From NCBI RefSeq assembly GCF_009914755.1, contig NC_060925.1: a stretch of 64,000 nucleotides of DNA; one strand, 5' to 3'. Position 1 is the first letter of the stretch; the number at the start of each line of letters is the position of its first letter. Position numbers and translations under genes: made by a program. Below the pieces are notes generated by a model. The model saw nothing but the letters and a program-made list of their open reading frames with translations, made no database searches and had not been told where the DNA came from. Positions 36,540-49,603 of the stretch are shown here, piece by piece. This DNA comes from the human T2T-CHM13v2.0 reference genome, Homo sapiens.

Positions 36540-39500
36540 GAATGGATATAAAAACATGTGATCAGACATGAGAAATTACAGACAAGATGGAGTGAGTGAA
36601 TTTATCTCTATTCTTGCCACTAATTACAAATTTTAAAAAAAAATCCTGGACATAATATATAAAACACAAACACAAGAAGATTCTAAACAGTTGAGAGATG
36701 AAGGGGGGCAAGGAGCCTCTGGACATGAGGAATGACATGACAATGAGTTACCCGTGTTTTCTTTTTGTCCCCTGTGTATTGTAGGCCATGTGCTAGATAA
36801 GAATATAATCTAGAAACGCCAATCCCAAGGATTTTCTGTTCTCTCCTGCCAAAAGACTGGAAAGGGGACTGCTGGAATAGAAGCCTTTAAACAATAATCA
36901 CCATATTCTAGCCAAACACCATGTGGAAATATGGGACACCACCCCCCCCCCAACAGCAAAGGCCAAGTGGAAAACCTATATTTTAACCCCCCACCCCACC
37001 CCTTGGCAGTAAGGAATCATCCCTCCCCACTCCCCACTCCCCACTGGGGTGGCATCAGAAGAGGCTAAGTAGGAAGACTGAACATGCACTCCCTCCCTGA
37101 AGCAATGAGGCACTCCTCCCAATTCTTGCTTTGGGTGGTGTCAGAAAAGGCCAAATGGAGGGTCTGGATTTTTACCACTGCTCAGCAGTAATGTGGTCCC
37201 CTACCTTATCATCACTGTGTCAAAAATCACTCATCATAACAAGAACCAGGACAATCTTGACTTGAATGAACAAAAGGCAATCAACAGACACCAAAACCAA
37301 GACAACACAGACGTTAGAATTATCTTACAAGGATTTTAAAGAAACCATAGTAAAAATGCTTCAACTAGCAGCTATGAACACATTTAAAACAAATAAACAA
37401 AAAAACTAGAAAGTCTTTAAAAAAAGAGTAGAAGATATAAAGAAGAACCAAAGGGAAATTTTAGAATTGAATAATACAATGACTGAAAGGTAAAACTAAT
37501 TGAATGAGTTTAATGAGCTTAATAGCAAAATGGAGGCCAGGGCCAGTGGCTCATACTGGCAATCCCAGCACTTGGGGAGGCCAAGGTGGGCGGATCACCT
37601 GAGGTCAAGAGTACAAGACCAGCCTGGCCAACATGGCAAAACTCTGTCGCTACCAAAATATAAAAATTAGCCAGGTGTGGTGGCGGGTGCCAGTAATCCC
37701 AGCTACTTAGGAGGCTGAGGCAGGAGAATCGCTTGAGCCCAGGAGACAGAGGTTGCAGTGAGCTGAGATCGTGCACTCCAGCCTGGGCAACAGAGTGAGA
37801 CTCTGTCTCAGAAAAAATAAAAAAATAAAAAATTGCAAAATGGAGATGAAAAAGGAAAGAATCAGTGTACTTGAAGATAAACAATAGAAAATACCCAATC
37901 TGAAAACAGAGTGAAAATAGGCCAAAAAAAAAAAAAAAAAAAAAAAAAATGGAGCCTCAGAGCCCTGTGGGAGAAAAACAAAAGATTTATAACATTCATG
38001 TCATCAGAATTTTAGGAGAGAAGCGAGAATGTGAGGCTGAAAAAAAAGTATTCAAAAAATAATGAAATTTCCCCAAACTTAGCAAAAGGTAAAAACCTAC
38101 AGATTCAAGAGACTCAATGAATCACAAATAAGAGAAACCCAAAGAAATTCACACCAAGACACATTATAATCACACTTCTGAAAACTAAAGACAAACAAAA
38201 AACTTTTAAAACAGCTAGAGAAAAATGACACATTACCTACAGGGAAAACAACTTAAATGACGGCTGATTTCTCACTGGAAACCATGGAGGGGAGGAGTGT
38301 CATGACACTTTTCAAGTGTTGAAAGAAAAAAAACTGTCAACCTAGAATTTTATACCCAGGAATGAGGGTTAAATCAAGACATTCTCAGGTGAAGGAAAAC
38401 TAAGATAATTTGTTATCAGCAGGCTTATCATAAAAGAATTCCTAAAGAATATCTTGAAACAGAAAGAAATGATTAAAGAAGAAAACTTGAAGGCTGGGTG
38501 TGGTGGCTCATACCTGTAATCCCAGCACTTTGGGAGGCCAAAGTTGGTGGATCACCTGAGGTCAGGAGTTTGAGACTAGCCTGGCCAACATGGCGAAACC
38601 TGATCTCTACTAAAAGTACAAAAAGTAGGTGGGCATGGTGGCATGAGCCTGTAGTCCCAGCTACTCAGGAGGCTGAGGCAGGAGAATCGCTTGAACCCAG
38701 GAAGCGGAGATTGCAGTGAGCCAAGATCATGCCACTACACTCCAGCCTGTATGACAGAGCAAGACTTCGTCCAAAAAAAAATAAAAAGAAGGAAACTTGA
38801 AACATTAGAAATAAAGAAATAACAATGAAAAGAGTTAAAATATGGGTAAATGTAATGGATTGTCCTTCTCCTCTTGAGTGTTCTGAATTATGTTCAACAA
38901 TTGAAGCAAAACTTATAATCTTACCGATATGGTTCTCAATGAATATAGACAATATATTTAAGACAAGTATAAAGATAGACTAATAAAGAAACCTAATATA
39001 GGTAAGTTTTCTATACCTAGTTCAACTGGTAAAATGTCAACACTGATAGGTAGATCAAAAGTTATGTATGTAAAATGTAATATGTACAGCAACCAGTAAA
39101 AAAACTCTTCAAAAAGATACATTATAGATAAATCAAAATGGAATTATAAAAAATATTCCAGTAACACACAGGATGGCCAGGAAAGTGAAACAGAGGAACA
39201 AAATAAACAAACAAAAGCCCAGAAGAACAAAGAGAAAATAATAACATGGCAAACTTAAGCTCTGATATATAAATAATTACATTATGTAAGTCAGTTAAAT
39301 AGAATAGATAGCTCCAGAATATACCCACACAAGTATAAGTGCTGATTTTTGATAAAGATACAAAAGTAATTCAATGTAGGAAAGATCATCTTTTCCATCA
39401 CATGGTAGTAGAACAATTGAACACCCACAGGCAGAAGAAAAAAAAACACGCACATTGTAATCATACTTCTGAAAACCAAAGGCAAACAAAAAACTTTTAA

Positions 39501-40270
39501 AACAGCTAGAGAAAAATGACACATTACCTATAGGGAAAACAATTTAAATGATGGCTGATTTCTCACTGGAAACCATGGAGGGGAGGAGTGTCATGACACT
39601 TTTCAAGTGTCGAAAGCAAAAAAAAACTGTCAACCATATTACCTGATATGGTTCTCAATGAATATAGACAATATATTTAGGTGAATCTCAACCTAAACTT
39701 CACACCTTACATTAAAACAGGATCATACATTTAAATGTAAAACATAAAACTATAAAACTTTCAGGAGAAAACCTTTGGACCCTAGTGTGGGTAGAAAAAA
39801 AACTGATAAGTTGAATTTCATCAAAATTAAAATTTTTGCTCTGCCAAAGACCCCGTTAAGAAGATGAAAAGACAGGCTACAGACCAAGAGAAAATATTTG
39901 TAAACCACATATCTGACAAATGACTCTTATACTTGGAACATATAAGGAATTGTCAAAGCTCAACAGTAAAAAAAATAAAGAATCTGATTATAAAATGGAC
40001 AAAAGACATAAATAGACATTTCACCAAGGAGGATATGGATATATAGATGGCAAATAAGCACATGAAAAGATGTTCAACATTATTAGGCTTTAGGGAAATG
40101 CAAATTAAAGCCACAATGAGGTATCACTACAGCACCTATTAAAACAGCTAAAATATAAAATGGGAATATACCAAATGCTGATGAAGATGGGGAGCAAATA
40201 GATCTCTCATAGATTGCTGGTGGCAAGGTAAAATGCTCTATTCACTCTGAAAATAATTTAGCAATTACTC
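36540..40270 (+). mobile_element. Old L1M element (5' region, ORF1 relic, ORF2 3' relic) running up to the SLAMF7 promoter; contains Alus at 37535-37832 and 38492-38781
   Basis: A-rich L1 motifs (ACCTACAGATTCAAGA, GCTGATTTCTCACTGGAAACCATGGAG, GGGAAATGCAAATTAAAGCCACAATGAG). Both Alus have TSDs (GCAAAATGGA; AAAGAAG[A/G]AAACTTGA). Confidence 0.85.
39451..39679 (+). repeat. Bipartite local duplication: 39451-39635 copies 38160-38342; 39639-39679 copies 38921-38960
   Basis: Direct comparison shows roughly 94-97% identity by eye for both pieces. Confidence 0.93.
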
Positions 40271-40279
40271 AATCTCACA

Positions 40280-40390
40280 TGTCTGCGGCGTGACCCCTCC
40301 TGCTTCTTTAAATATCAGCTGGGGAAGAGGTCTGAGTAATACCTAAGAGGGAAGTGGCTTCATTTCAGTGGCTGACTTCCAGAGAGCAAT
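40280..40390 (+). promoter_or_regulatory. SLAMF7: SLAMF7 core promoter / 5' UTR (inferred)
   Basis: TATA-like TTTAAATA near 40307; ETS cores GGAAGT (40350) and ACTTCC (40375) flank an IRF-like TTCATTTC (40359); good Kozak context GCAATATGG. Confidence 0.6.
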
Positions 40391-40445
40391 ATGGCTGGTT
40401 CCCCAACATGCCTCACCCTCATCTATATCCTTTGGCAGCTCACAG
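40391..40445 (+). CDS. SLAMF7: SLAMF7 exon 1 (signal peptide)
   Basis: MAGSPTCLTLIYILWQLT-G; donor CAG|GTGAGT. Confidence 0.97.
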
Positions 40446-43400
40446 GTGAGTCCGGCCGGATTCTCTTCCACTCTCCTGTCTACCCCATCCTGAATAGTTC
40501 CAGGTTTCTTGTTCCACTCTGGGCCTCTGGCTCAACTCGGGAGGCTCTGTGTTCTCATCTAACATTTGCTTTTTATCAATCTCTGATCTCTGATTCTCAG
40601 GTCAGGAAGAGACTAGAGAGAGGGGGAAAAATGGCTCTGGGAACTGACTCCCCTGTTGACTGTCCCAGGGATGAAGGAGCTGAAAGAAGTGGTGCTGGGT
40701 ATCAGAGACCATTTTTCTAATCCAGGTTCTGCCATGAGTTAGATAAGGAATGTTAAAGTTTTCCTGGGCCTCAGAAACTTTATCTTCTAGCCTTCTCTCC
40801 TTTTGAGGGCAACTTTAAGAACAAGATGATACTATACAGGTATGTATTTATTTACTTATAAATGTATTTATAAAATTGGTTATGCATAACAGTAATATAA
40901 ATGGAAAGAATCACTTGAATTTTCTTTCCTTACTCAAGCAATGTAATCAGTCTCTACTTAGAGAACCAACTCATACCATAGGCACTTTATGTTTAATCCC
41001 ATGGAGGACAGAGGACAGTTCTCCACCTGTCACTGGTATTCTAGTCTTTGAAGATTTTTCTATCCTAAGGGCTCTCAGAAAGGATCAGGAGCCCTATAAG
41101 TGAGAAATATCTCTTCTGTCATCAATCTCATGGAGTACTACCATGAGGTCCCCCTATAAGGACTTCACATAACTGCTTCATTATGTGTATCTGAGCCTGC
41201 CTGGAGTGATCTGCCCAAGACCACGCAGGCAGCTGGTGCCCCCAATATTTTCCCCTGCATCGCTAAGTGGTCAGCATCAGCAGACTCTTACCCACTTTGA
41301 ATTCATCAGAAGTTTGTATTTTTGAGAGGTACCTGGGTCTAACCAGGTGGTTCTGGAATAGGCCCTCACTTTAAAAAAAAAAAACAAAAAAAAAACTCCC
41401 TGAACGGAAATGATGAGCAGAAATAGAACTTGAGGGAGATAAGGTGGAGGGGTTGAGGAAAATTATAGAGACTTTGAAAGCTACAGGTGTCCATCTGAAA
41501 TCAGTCAGCGAAAGAGCACAAGTATGAAAAACTGCCATGCAGGTCCCCCTCTGCCCTGCTCCAGAGGCAGCCTGTGTAGTGTACCTCCTGAGGCTGAAAG
41601 GAGACAGAGATTGTCCTGGAACTTCCAGTGGGCAGGGCAGTGGAACAAATCCTGGCACTGGACAAGCGCATCCTTGGTTTGACTTAGTAGCTGTATTATT
41701 GTAGGCAAATTACTCTTCCCTTCTGAGCCTTGCTCTTCTCAGGTGTGTAACAGAGAATGAAATCTAAGTTGCAGAATTATTGTGACATTTTAAATGACAT
41801 ATCAAATGCAAAATAATTATTAAAATAATCACCATTTATTAAGTTACTACATCGCAGGTGTTTTTCATACCACCTCCTCATGAGTCTGTAAGACAGATAT
41901 CATTATCCCTGTTTTACAGTTGAGGAAACTTAGGCTCAGCAGAGAGATCACGCTTCTTGGGCAAGATAACACAGCATTTATAAGGTAGCCAGAGATTGAG
42001 TTTAGAAAGCTAGAAAGCTAGTGCTCTTTTAATCATAACAAGCCGTCTATCACTGGACCTGGCACCAAAGAGATGCTCACTACATGTGCATTTGAGCTGA
42101 ATCTTCCTCAGGGAGTACCAGTTGGGGTTTCTTCCCTCTCCAGGTACATAAATCTGAGGTAGAAACTGGAAAGGCCCGAGAAGAACGGGTAGCTCTGTTT
42201 CTGGGATATGGGTGTACCAACAGGGGGCCACCCTGGCTAAACTCAGAGGGTCCATGAAGCAGTTCTCATGGCCTCAGTATTCTCATCTGAAAAATGGGCA
42301 CAGTAATCTGCCAATGATTTGATGATACAGTAGTGTCAAGGAGACAATCAATAAAAAGAAAACAAAAAAGTGGGTGAGGGGAATTGGGAGAGTGTTGAAA
42401 AGAACCAGAAGAAACAAGGAAGAGGGGGCAGGAGATGAGTGAGGAGCAGAGTGGTGAGCAACCTAAATGTGAATGTGGTCGGTTAGGGCTAGAGTGATGG
42501 GAAAGGTGTGTGGTGAAGCGGGAAACTTTCAAGCCTCTGTCTGTGGCTGCCTTGTGTGGCATTGAATTACACTGCTCTTTCGTGAGTACATTCGTTAAGG
42601 GGGACTTGAGTAAAGTGCAATAGATTTCAAACCACTTTGGGTTTTTTTTGCCTTTTTTTTTAAATCCATGGTTTCCTTTTATGGAATGAAATTTTACACA
42701 GAAAAAAACAAATAAATGACTCCAATGTATAGAGTTGAAGCCTAACGGAAGCAAGTCCCATAGCCTCCTATCCTATGCTCACCCCTTAAACCTCCTCCTG
42801 AGCTCCCAAGAAATACACTGAGGCACTGCCACAGCCTCCAAAGGTGGCGCCATGGGGCACAGTCTGTGAAATCCTGCCTTAGGAGCCTTGGCTCCTAATC
42901 CTGGCCTTCCACTGGTTTGGGAAACATCACCATAACCTTCTGAATATCAGCCTTCTTATCTGTGAAATGGGATTGGACTAAGTAATCCCTAAGACTCCTC
43001 CAAGCTCTGAGATGCTCTGGTTCATGGTTTTCATGAGGAGAGTGCCACAACACACTGGTACATTTGGACAGAGGCACCAAGTGTTCAGAGAAGTGCTTGG
43101 GGTCGGGGTTGGCAAGCAGGAGGCAGGCTTTTCCACTCTCCCCTCCCCCAAAGTCTTCCTGCTTTATCACCATCCCTTGGTTCTGGCTGCACTGATAATG
43201 TATCTTCCTCATAATCGGGCTCCTTCCCTCCACTCAACTCTTGAGACTCTAGGGGACAGGACAGGGGAGGAGGTGACAACCAAGAGGAAAGGAAGGTGAC
43301 AAAGGGCAGGACCTGTTATCCCTTCCTGTTACAGAGGAAATCTCACAGCTGACTCCTCCTGATGCAAAGACATCTGAGTCTTGGCTGGGGCAAAAGACAA

Positions 43401-44777
43401 AGGGTCTCCTGCCCCAGCTCCCTCCACCTTCAAAGGCAGGCGGGGGATGTAGTGGGGAATGCTCATGGCCGTCTTAACTTTCTGGCTTACTTTGCTGAGA
43501 AGCCATCCAAAGGTGTTTTGGGATATCTCTGTTTCTCATTTTTAGCTATCTGTGCAGAAATAAAACCAAAAGATGGGAAGCCTCCTCAAGGCCTGACTCT
43601 CATGCTCTCATTTCCTGACCTTGTCACCCGCATCCCACCTTCTCGTTAGGCTACTCTGTACTTCTCAAAATGCTTTCAAATCTGTATTCACACTTCATCT
43701 TCCCCAAATGCCTGGAAACTAAATGTTGTTATTTATTTCTCGTATGAGGGTTCAGAAACCAAAACTCGAAGTGGTAAGTGGTGAAGCAATATTGGAAACA
43801 ACACAGACCACTGAGGCAGAGGAACTAACTCCTCTTCCCTCTTCCAACATTTCTTCATTGGGGCTTTAGGAAAGTCACCCCACTTCTCAAAACTCCAGTA
43901 TCCCAATTTATAAAGCAGGGCTTAGGCTGTATCTCACGGGGCTGTTCTAAGGATCAGGAGAGAGGATGCCCACTGATCTGGCTTACAAACCACAGAGTGA
44001 CACCAGGTGTTTGCTGCTGGAGTTATGACTACGGAGGCGGCAGAATGGACCCAGAATGGACCCTGACTCCCAGTTAGGCCAGAGCCCTTTCTCCCTCTGC
44101 CACATGCTGGAGGAGGAGAAGCGACCTCTACCCCTCTCTGGGCAGGACTTGGTGACCCCATCATTGGGTGATCTGGCCTCTAATCCTGTGGACCAATCAT
44201 TGGCTAATCCACAGCAAAATGATATATGCAGCGACCACCAAGGGAGGATATTTCTTTCTGGAGAATTTAAAGTGTCAATGAAGTGAAATTAGTGGTAAAT
44301 TTTCAGGGGATGTGTGAGAGGAAGAGTTGGAGGCTTCCTCAGGGAAGAGCTTTGAATTAGATACAGGGTTTGAATAAGATTTACATGAACAGAGAGGAGG
44401 ATAAAGCACAAACAAGAGTGTGAGGTAGAAAGTGAGCTGAGGATCAGGGGAGGGAGGAGGCCGGGATGTTTGTGTGGTGGCCACATGTGAGTGGCAGTCC
44501 CAGCTGCATATCTTTCCACAGCAATACATTGTCATCCTGGCCTTACGCAGTCAACCCATGTCATGTGACACCCCTGAACTAATTACTGTACATGAGAAGG
44601 GCTACCACCTGAACTGGGTAGCCCAAACCATTTGGCTTGTACGGAATGAGGAAGGGGTAAAATGGATGTAAAAGAGGCAGGTTACAACCTTCACTGCACT
44701 GACTCAGGTAGAAGGTTGGCACCTGAGGAGAGTGGATGAATATCATGGGACCCAATCCTCTCGAGTCTTGTGGGTAG

Positions 44778-45090
<313 letters not shown>

Positions 45091-46649
45091 TAACACATGT
45101 AGTTATTTATTTAATGACTATCTACCAACTCCGTAAGTGCCAGAATCATGACTGTCTTGCTCCCCAGTTATACCCTCAGCTCCTAAACAATGAGAACTAA
45201 ATAAATTCTTGTTAAAAGAAGGAATGACTGAATCTGACAAGTGTGACCTGCTTAGATATGGTAAAACTCTATAGGGTCACACACTGCAGGTGCAAAACCA
45301 TCACAGAAAGAAGAGCTTCAGTTCAGCCTTGGACAACTGAAAAAAGAAGTGTCTTGTTTCTGGATCCCTTTTCGTAGTCAGCTGAGAAGCAGAAGCAAAA
45401 CTGGTTAGGAATCTCCAACCTTGCCCCTGTCCTCTGAACCCACATTCCGAGAATGGCATGGAGCTACTGTTTTCTTTCGTTACCCCTTGTCTCACCCTGA
45501 AGATACATTTAAGATAGAACAATATACTCCATCTATAGGCTCATGTTGGTAATTTGCCCTGTCTCACTCTCAAACTGTATTCTAACAAGAAACAATGCGT
45601 TTGGCAACATTTTCTTATATCCCACACGAGTCATGTCCCTTGGCATTTACCCTGAGAATACAGCACTACGTGTGTGGAAGCGTGAAAAGAGTAATTGCAT
45701 GTGAAAAGAGTAGTTGCATGCTAGCAACTAAAGCCACATCTTTGTAGTTTTGCCACTTCCTCACCTTAAATTATAGCTTCAAAATGAAATGTGAAAATGA
45801 AATTACTTGAAGGTTGCCCTAAGTGTAGAAACTGTACCCATTTGGGGCCAAATGATACCCAATCTTTATTTGACTTCATAATATTCACCCCTTTCATCTC
45901 TGCTGTTGAAGTAAAAGAACAAATGCATTAACTGATCAAAATTTCAGAATAAAATTGATTTTGTCTGTAACATTTCCTGGCACTATTTGGACTTGACACT
46001 CCTAAAGATGAACAAAGAGAGCGGTCGAAAAACCATCCCGGCCTTAATATTAAGGAAGCATAGAGAACAGTTTTTTTAAAAAATCAGATTACTTAATGGG
46101 ATGATTTAATAAAAGCTTGAGTAATCCAAAGTATATATGTACCAACTGATACATTTTAGAGGGAAAAATGTTTGAAAAGAGAAATCAGCTCCTAAAAGAT
46201 ACATACCCAAGAAGAGGAATCAGTACTTTGGAGATAAATTTAGCAAAACGTTGGCAGAGACTTCAGATCTGTAAGCAAGGGAGTGGGTCACCATTTGGTA
46301 GCATCAGATTTCCTCACCCTGGGGCACTGGTAGGGCAGTTTATGCTTGAGGGAAGGTCACCAGAGGACAAGAAGGGAAATTATGGTCCAATGGCACCCAA
46401 GGGCTTTGAAATTGACACTAGAGTCCCTTAGGGGGATGGAGAAGGGGAGTGAGGGAGAAGGCTGGAGCTGGTACAAACGCCAGGGGGCCTTCAAATTGAG
46501 CCATAGTGAAAACAGTCCAGGTCCCAGAGCTGGAGAGACATTGGGTTAAATCCTCAAATCGTCACCTGCTAGCTTTGTGCCCTTGGATAAGTTACTTAGC
46601 TGTTGTTATTTGTTGTTGTCGTTGTTTGAATCTCAATTTTCTCATGAAG

Positions 46650-46875
46650 TCAGGAGTTAGCAAATTTTTTCTGAAAAGGGCCAGAGAATAAATATTTTAG
46701 GCTTTACAGACAATAAATCATGGTCACAATTATTTAACTCAGCCTTTGTAGTGAAAAAGGATCCATAGACAATATGTAAATGAAAGAGCCTGGCTGTGTT
46801 CCAGTACAATTGTATTTACAAAAACAGGCAGTGGACCAGATTTAGCCTATGGGTTATAGGTTGCTGATCCTTGTG
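46650..46875 (+). mobile_element. MER58A-like DNA transposon inserted in a MIR
   Basis: CAGGAGTTAGCAAATTTTTTCTGAAAAGGGCCAGA...GGCTGTGTTCCAGTACAATTGTATTTACAAAAACAGGC...GTTGCTGATCCTTG. Confidence 0.8.
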
Positions 46876-47632
46876 TAAAAGGGTCAAAATGCCTAATTTG
46901 CAGGATTGCTTTGAGTGTTAGGCATACTCTTTACAATAAACGTTTGGTGCAGAATAAACATTTAATACATGACAACTCTTATAATTTGGAAACCCTTGCC
47001 AAGATATTTGATTTTAACAGGGACCAAAGAAATAAATCTCTAATGAAGCAATTTTTGATATCTGGATATGTCTGTATAGGAATTTGTCCTTTTACTAGAA
47101 AAGGCATGAGTTACATCGGTACTGGAGTAGAAGAAAAGATTGTGTCTAAGAGAGCAGGCTGTGAAATGAAACAGAGCCTGGATGCTTGGTCAGTCTCACA
47201 GGGCCAATTACACACAGGAGACACTGTACATAAGGCCCACGATAGTTTTAATTTTAATTTCTTTTAAAATCAGAAGAGAAATGAATATAGCAATAACAAT
47301 AACAATGAATATATAATGAATCCAGCCCGGATCACATTCATTTTATACCAACACAGTCATGAAATATGATTTTTAATATTTCTTATGGAAGAAGGACCAA
47401 CAAGGTCAAAAGTACACAGGAACCACAAAAGTCACCATGTAGCCTTGCAGTAGCATCATTAGAACTGTCAGGATCCTATAGCTTGGCTGTTTTGTTGGCT
47501 TTGCTTCTTTCATTTGTGCTTTTCATGACTGAATTAATAAAAATTCCATTTAAAAATTTCACCCTGACACTTTATGTTAAGAGGCAGAAGGGGAAATAAC
47601 TTTGGGTTTTGTACTTTTAAGGAGAACACCTT

Positions 47633-48234
47633 TGTTGACAGCTGATGTGAGACCTCAGTTCTTGTCTACTTAGTTTAAAAGAATTTATATGAGAGATACA
47701 CAGCAAAGGAAATACAGCATAGGGTAATTGATTGCAAAAGAATAAGAATATTTTGACAGTTAAGTGCAGAAAAGACAGTACATTCTGAGAGAAGGAAAAT
47801 TCAGGGTGGGCTGCCCATAAGGATGAGACAGCAAAGACTGGCACTGGGGAGACCCCCTTTATGGGAGTCTTACATGATTATTCATAAGAGGGTGGGAAGA
47901 GGTGTTACTAGTAACCATGTTCTTGGTGGTCCTCTGGGTGGACGTGCACAGTAGCTATACATGCTTCTTCATAAATCTCGTGTCTCATTAGCATCTTAAA
48001 TCTCCACCCATGGGTGTGTTTTTTACTATTATAATGAGCAAAGGGTCAGTTTGAGAACAAGTAAAATCAAAATCCGCATGCTCTCTACAGCGGAAAGTCC
48101 TCACTGAAGATAGCTTTGCTTAAATGAGCTCAATTACAATGTGAATGCTGAGGCTTATTGTATTGACTGTAGGGTCACCAGAGTTACTGCCTCCTGAGAA
48201 CACTGTTACTTCCTTGACTACCTAACCTGCCTCA
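47633..48234 (-). mobile_element. ERV1-class solo LTR in SLAMF7 intron 1, antisense
   Basis: TG...CA termini (TGAGGCAGG...GTCAACA on the - strand) with a 4-bp CCTT TSD on both sides. Family not assigned. Confidence 0.85.
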
Positions 48235-48486
48235 CCTTTAAGGATTTAGTCTTAGTTTTTGTATTTCTATCAGCCTTGAATAAGTTCTTATCATTTCTAC
48301 TATTTAGTTTTCTCATCTATAAAATATGCCCTTCAAGGTCTCGACCCTGTGGGTTTTGGTGTGTACTCTGCCTCTTACTAGGTGGCTTGAGTAAGTCATT
48401 TACCCCCACTGTGCCTCACATTCCTGATCCGTAAGATAGGGATATAAAGAATGTTTCTTCAAAAAGTTGTTTTAAGAGTTAAACAA

Positions 48487-48797
48487 GGCTGGGTGTGGTG
48501 GCTCATGCCTGCAATCCAGCACTTTGGGAGGCAGAGGCGGGCAGATCACTTGAGGTCAGGAGTTCAAGATCAGCCTGGCCAACATGGTGAAAACCCCACC
48601 TCTACTAAAAACACAAAAATTAGCTAGGTAAGATGGCACACACCTGGACTCCCAGCTACTCAGGAGGCTGAAGAAAGACAATCACTCTGAGGCAAGACAA
48701 TCACTTGAACCCAGGACGTGGAGGTTGTAGTGAGCTGAGATCGTGCCACTGCAATCCCGCCTGGGCAACAGAGTGAGACTCTGTCTCAAAAACAAAA
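48487..48797 (+). mobile_element. Alu (S-type) in SLAMF7 intron 1
   Basis: Dimeric Alu with a small internal duplication (AAGACAATCACT x2). Confidence 0.92.
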
Positions 48798-49282
48798 GTG
48801 TTAATCAAGATTATAATTTATGCTTTTAAACTGCTAGTCCCAAACTAAATTCTCTCACTGCTCTGTGTTATTCCCAGAGTCTGTCTCTCAAGTTTAATAG
48901 GTAAGAATAAGATGACTTACTCCCCACATCTGTTTACTGGTAATGCTCAGCTGGCCACTTCTGGAAGTTTCTTCAGCAGACATTCTTAACTGTTTTTCAC
49001 CTACAACCACATAATCAGTGATGATTTTTTATAAGTCATGCTCTCTGGGAGTGAACTAAGATTGTTGTGATACATAAATTTCTAATATAATGCTTCCATG
49101 TGAGCACTTACATAATAGGGTAACATGTGAGGGACCTCTATATGAGGTTCCAAAGGCTTTTCCAGGAGGTGGTTGTGTTGGACTGAGTGGGTTTCTCAGA
49201 TCTCTCCAGGACCCAAAGGGGGTGAGTAATTGGTGACAAGGACAGGGAATCAGGCTTATTTTATGGTTCTCTGTGTTTATAG

Positions 49283-49603
49283 GGTCAGCAGCCTCTGGAC
49301 CCGTGAAAGAGCTGGTCGGTTCCGTTGGTGGGGCCGTGACTTTCCCCCTGAAGTCCAAAGTAAAGCAAGTTGACTCTATTGTCTGGACCTTCAACACAAC
49401 CCCTCTTGTCACCATACAGCCAGAAGGGGGCACTATCATAGTGACCCAAAATCGTAATAGGGAGAGAGTAGACTTCCCAGATGGAGGCTACTCCCTGAAG
49501 CTCAGCAAACTGAAGAAGAATGACTCAGGGATCTACTATGTGGGGATATACAGCTCATCACTCCAGCAGCCCTCCACCCAGGAGTACGTGCTGCATGTCT
49601 ACG
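49283..49603 (+). CDS. SLAMF7: SLAMF7 exon 2 (IgV domain)
   Basis: TTTATAG| SAASGPVKELVGSVGGAVTF...DSGIYYVGIY...LHVY |GTGAG; 321 nt, phase 1-1. Confidence 0.98.

Noticed and set aside
40446-40720. Continuation of the SLAMF7 exon 1 ORF to 109 aa
   Set aside because: Intron 1 read-through after a strong GTGAGT donor.
42266-42754. 162-aa antisense ORF in SLAMF7 intron 1
   Set aside because: Low-complexity and MIR-derived composition; no domain or splice support.
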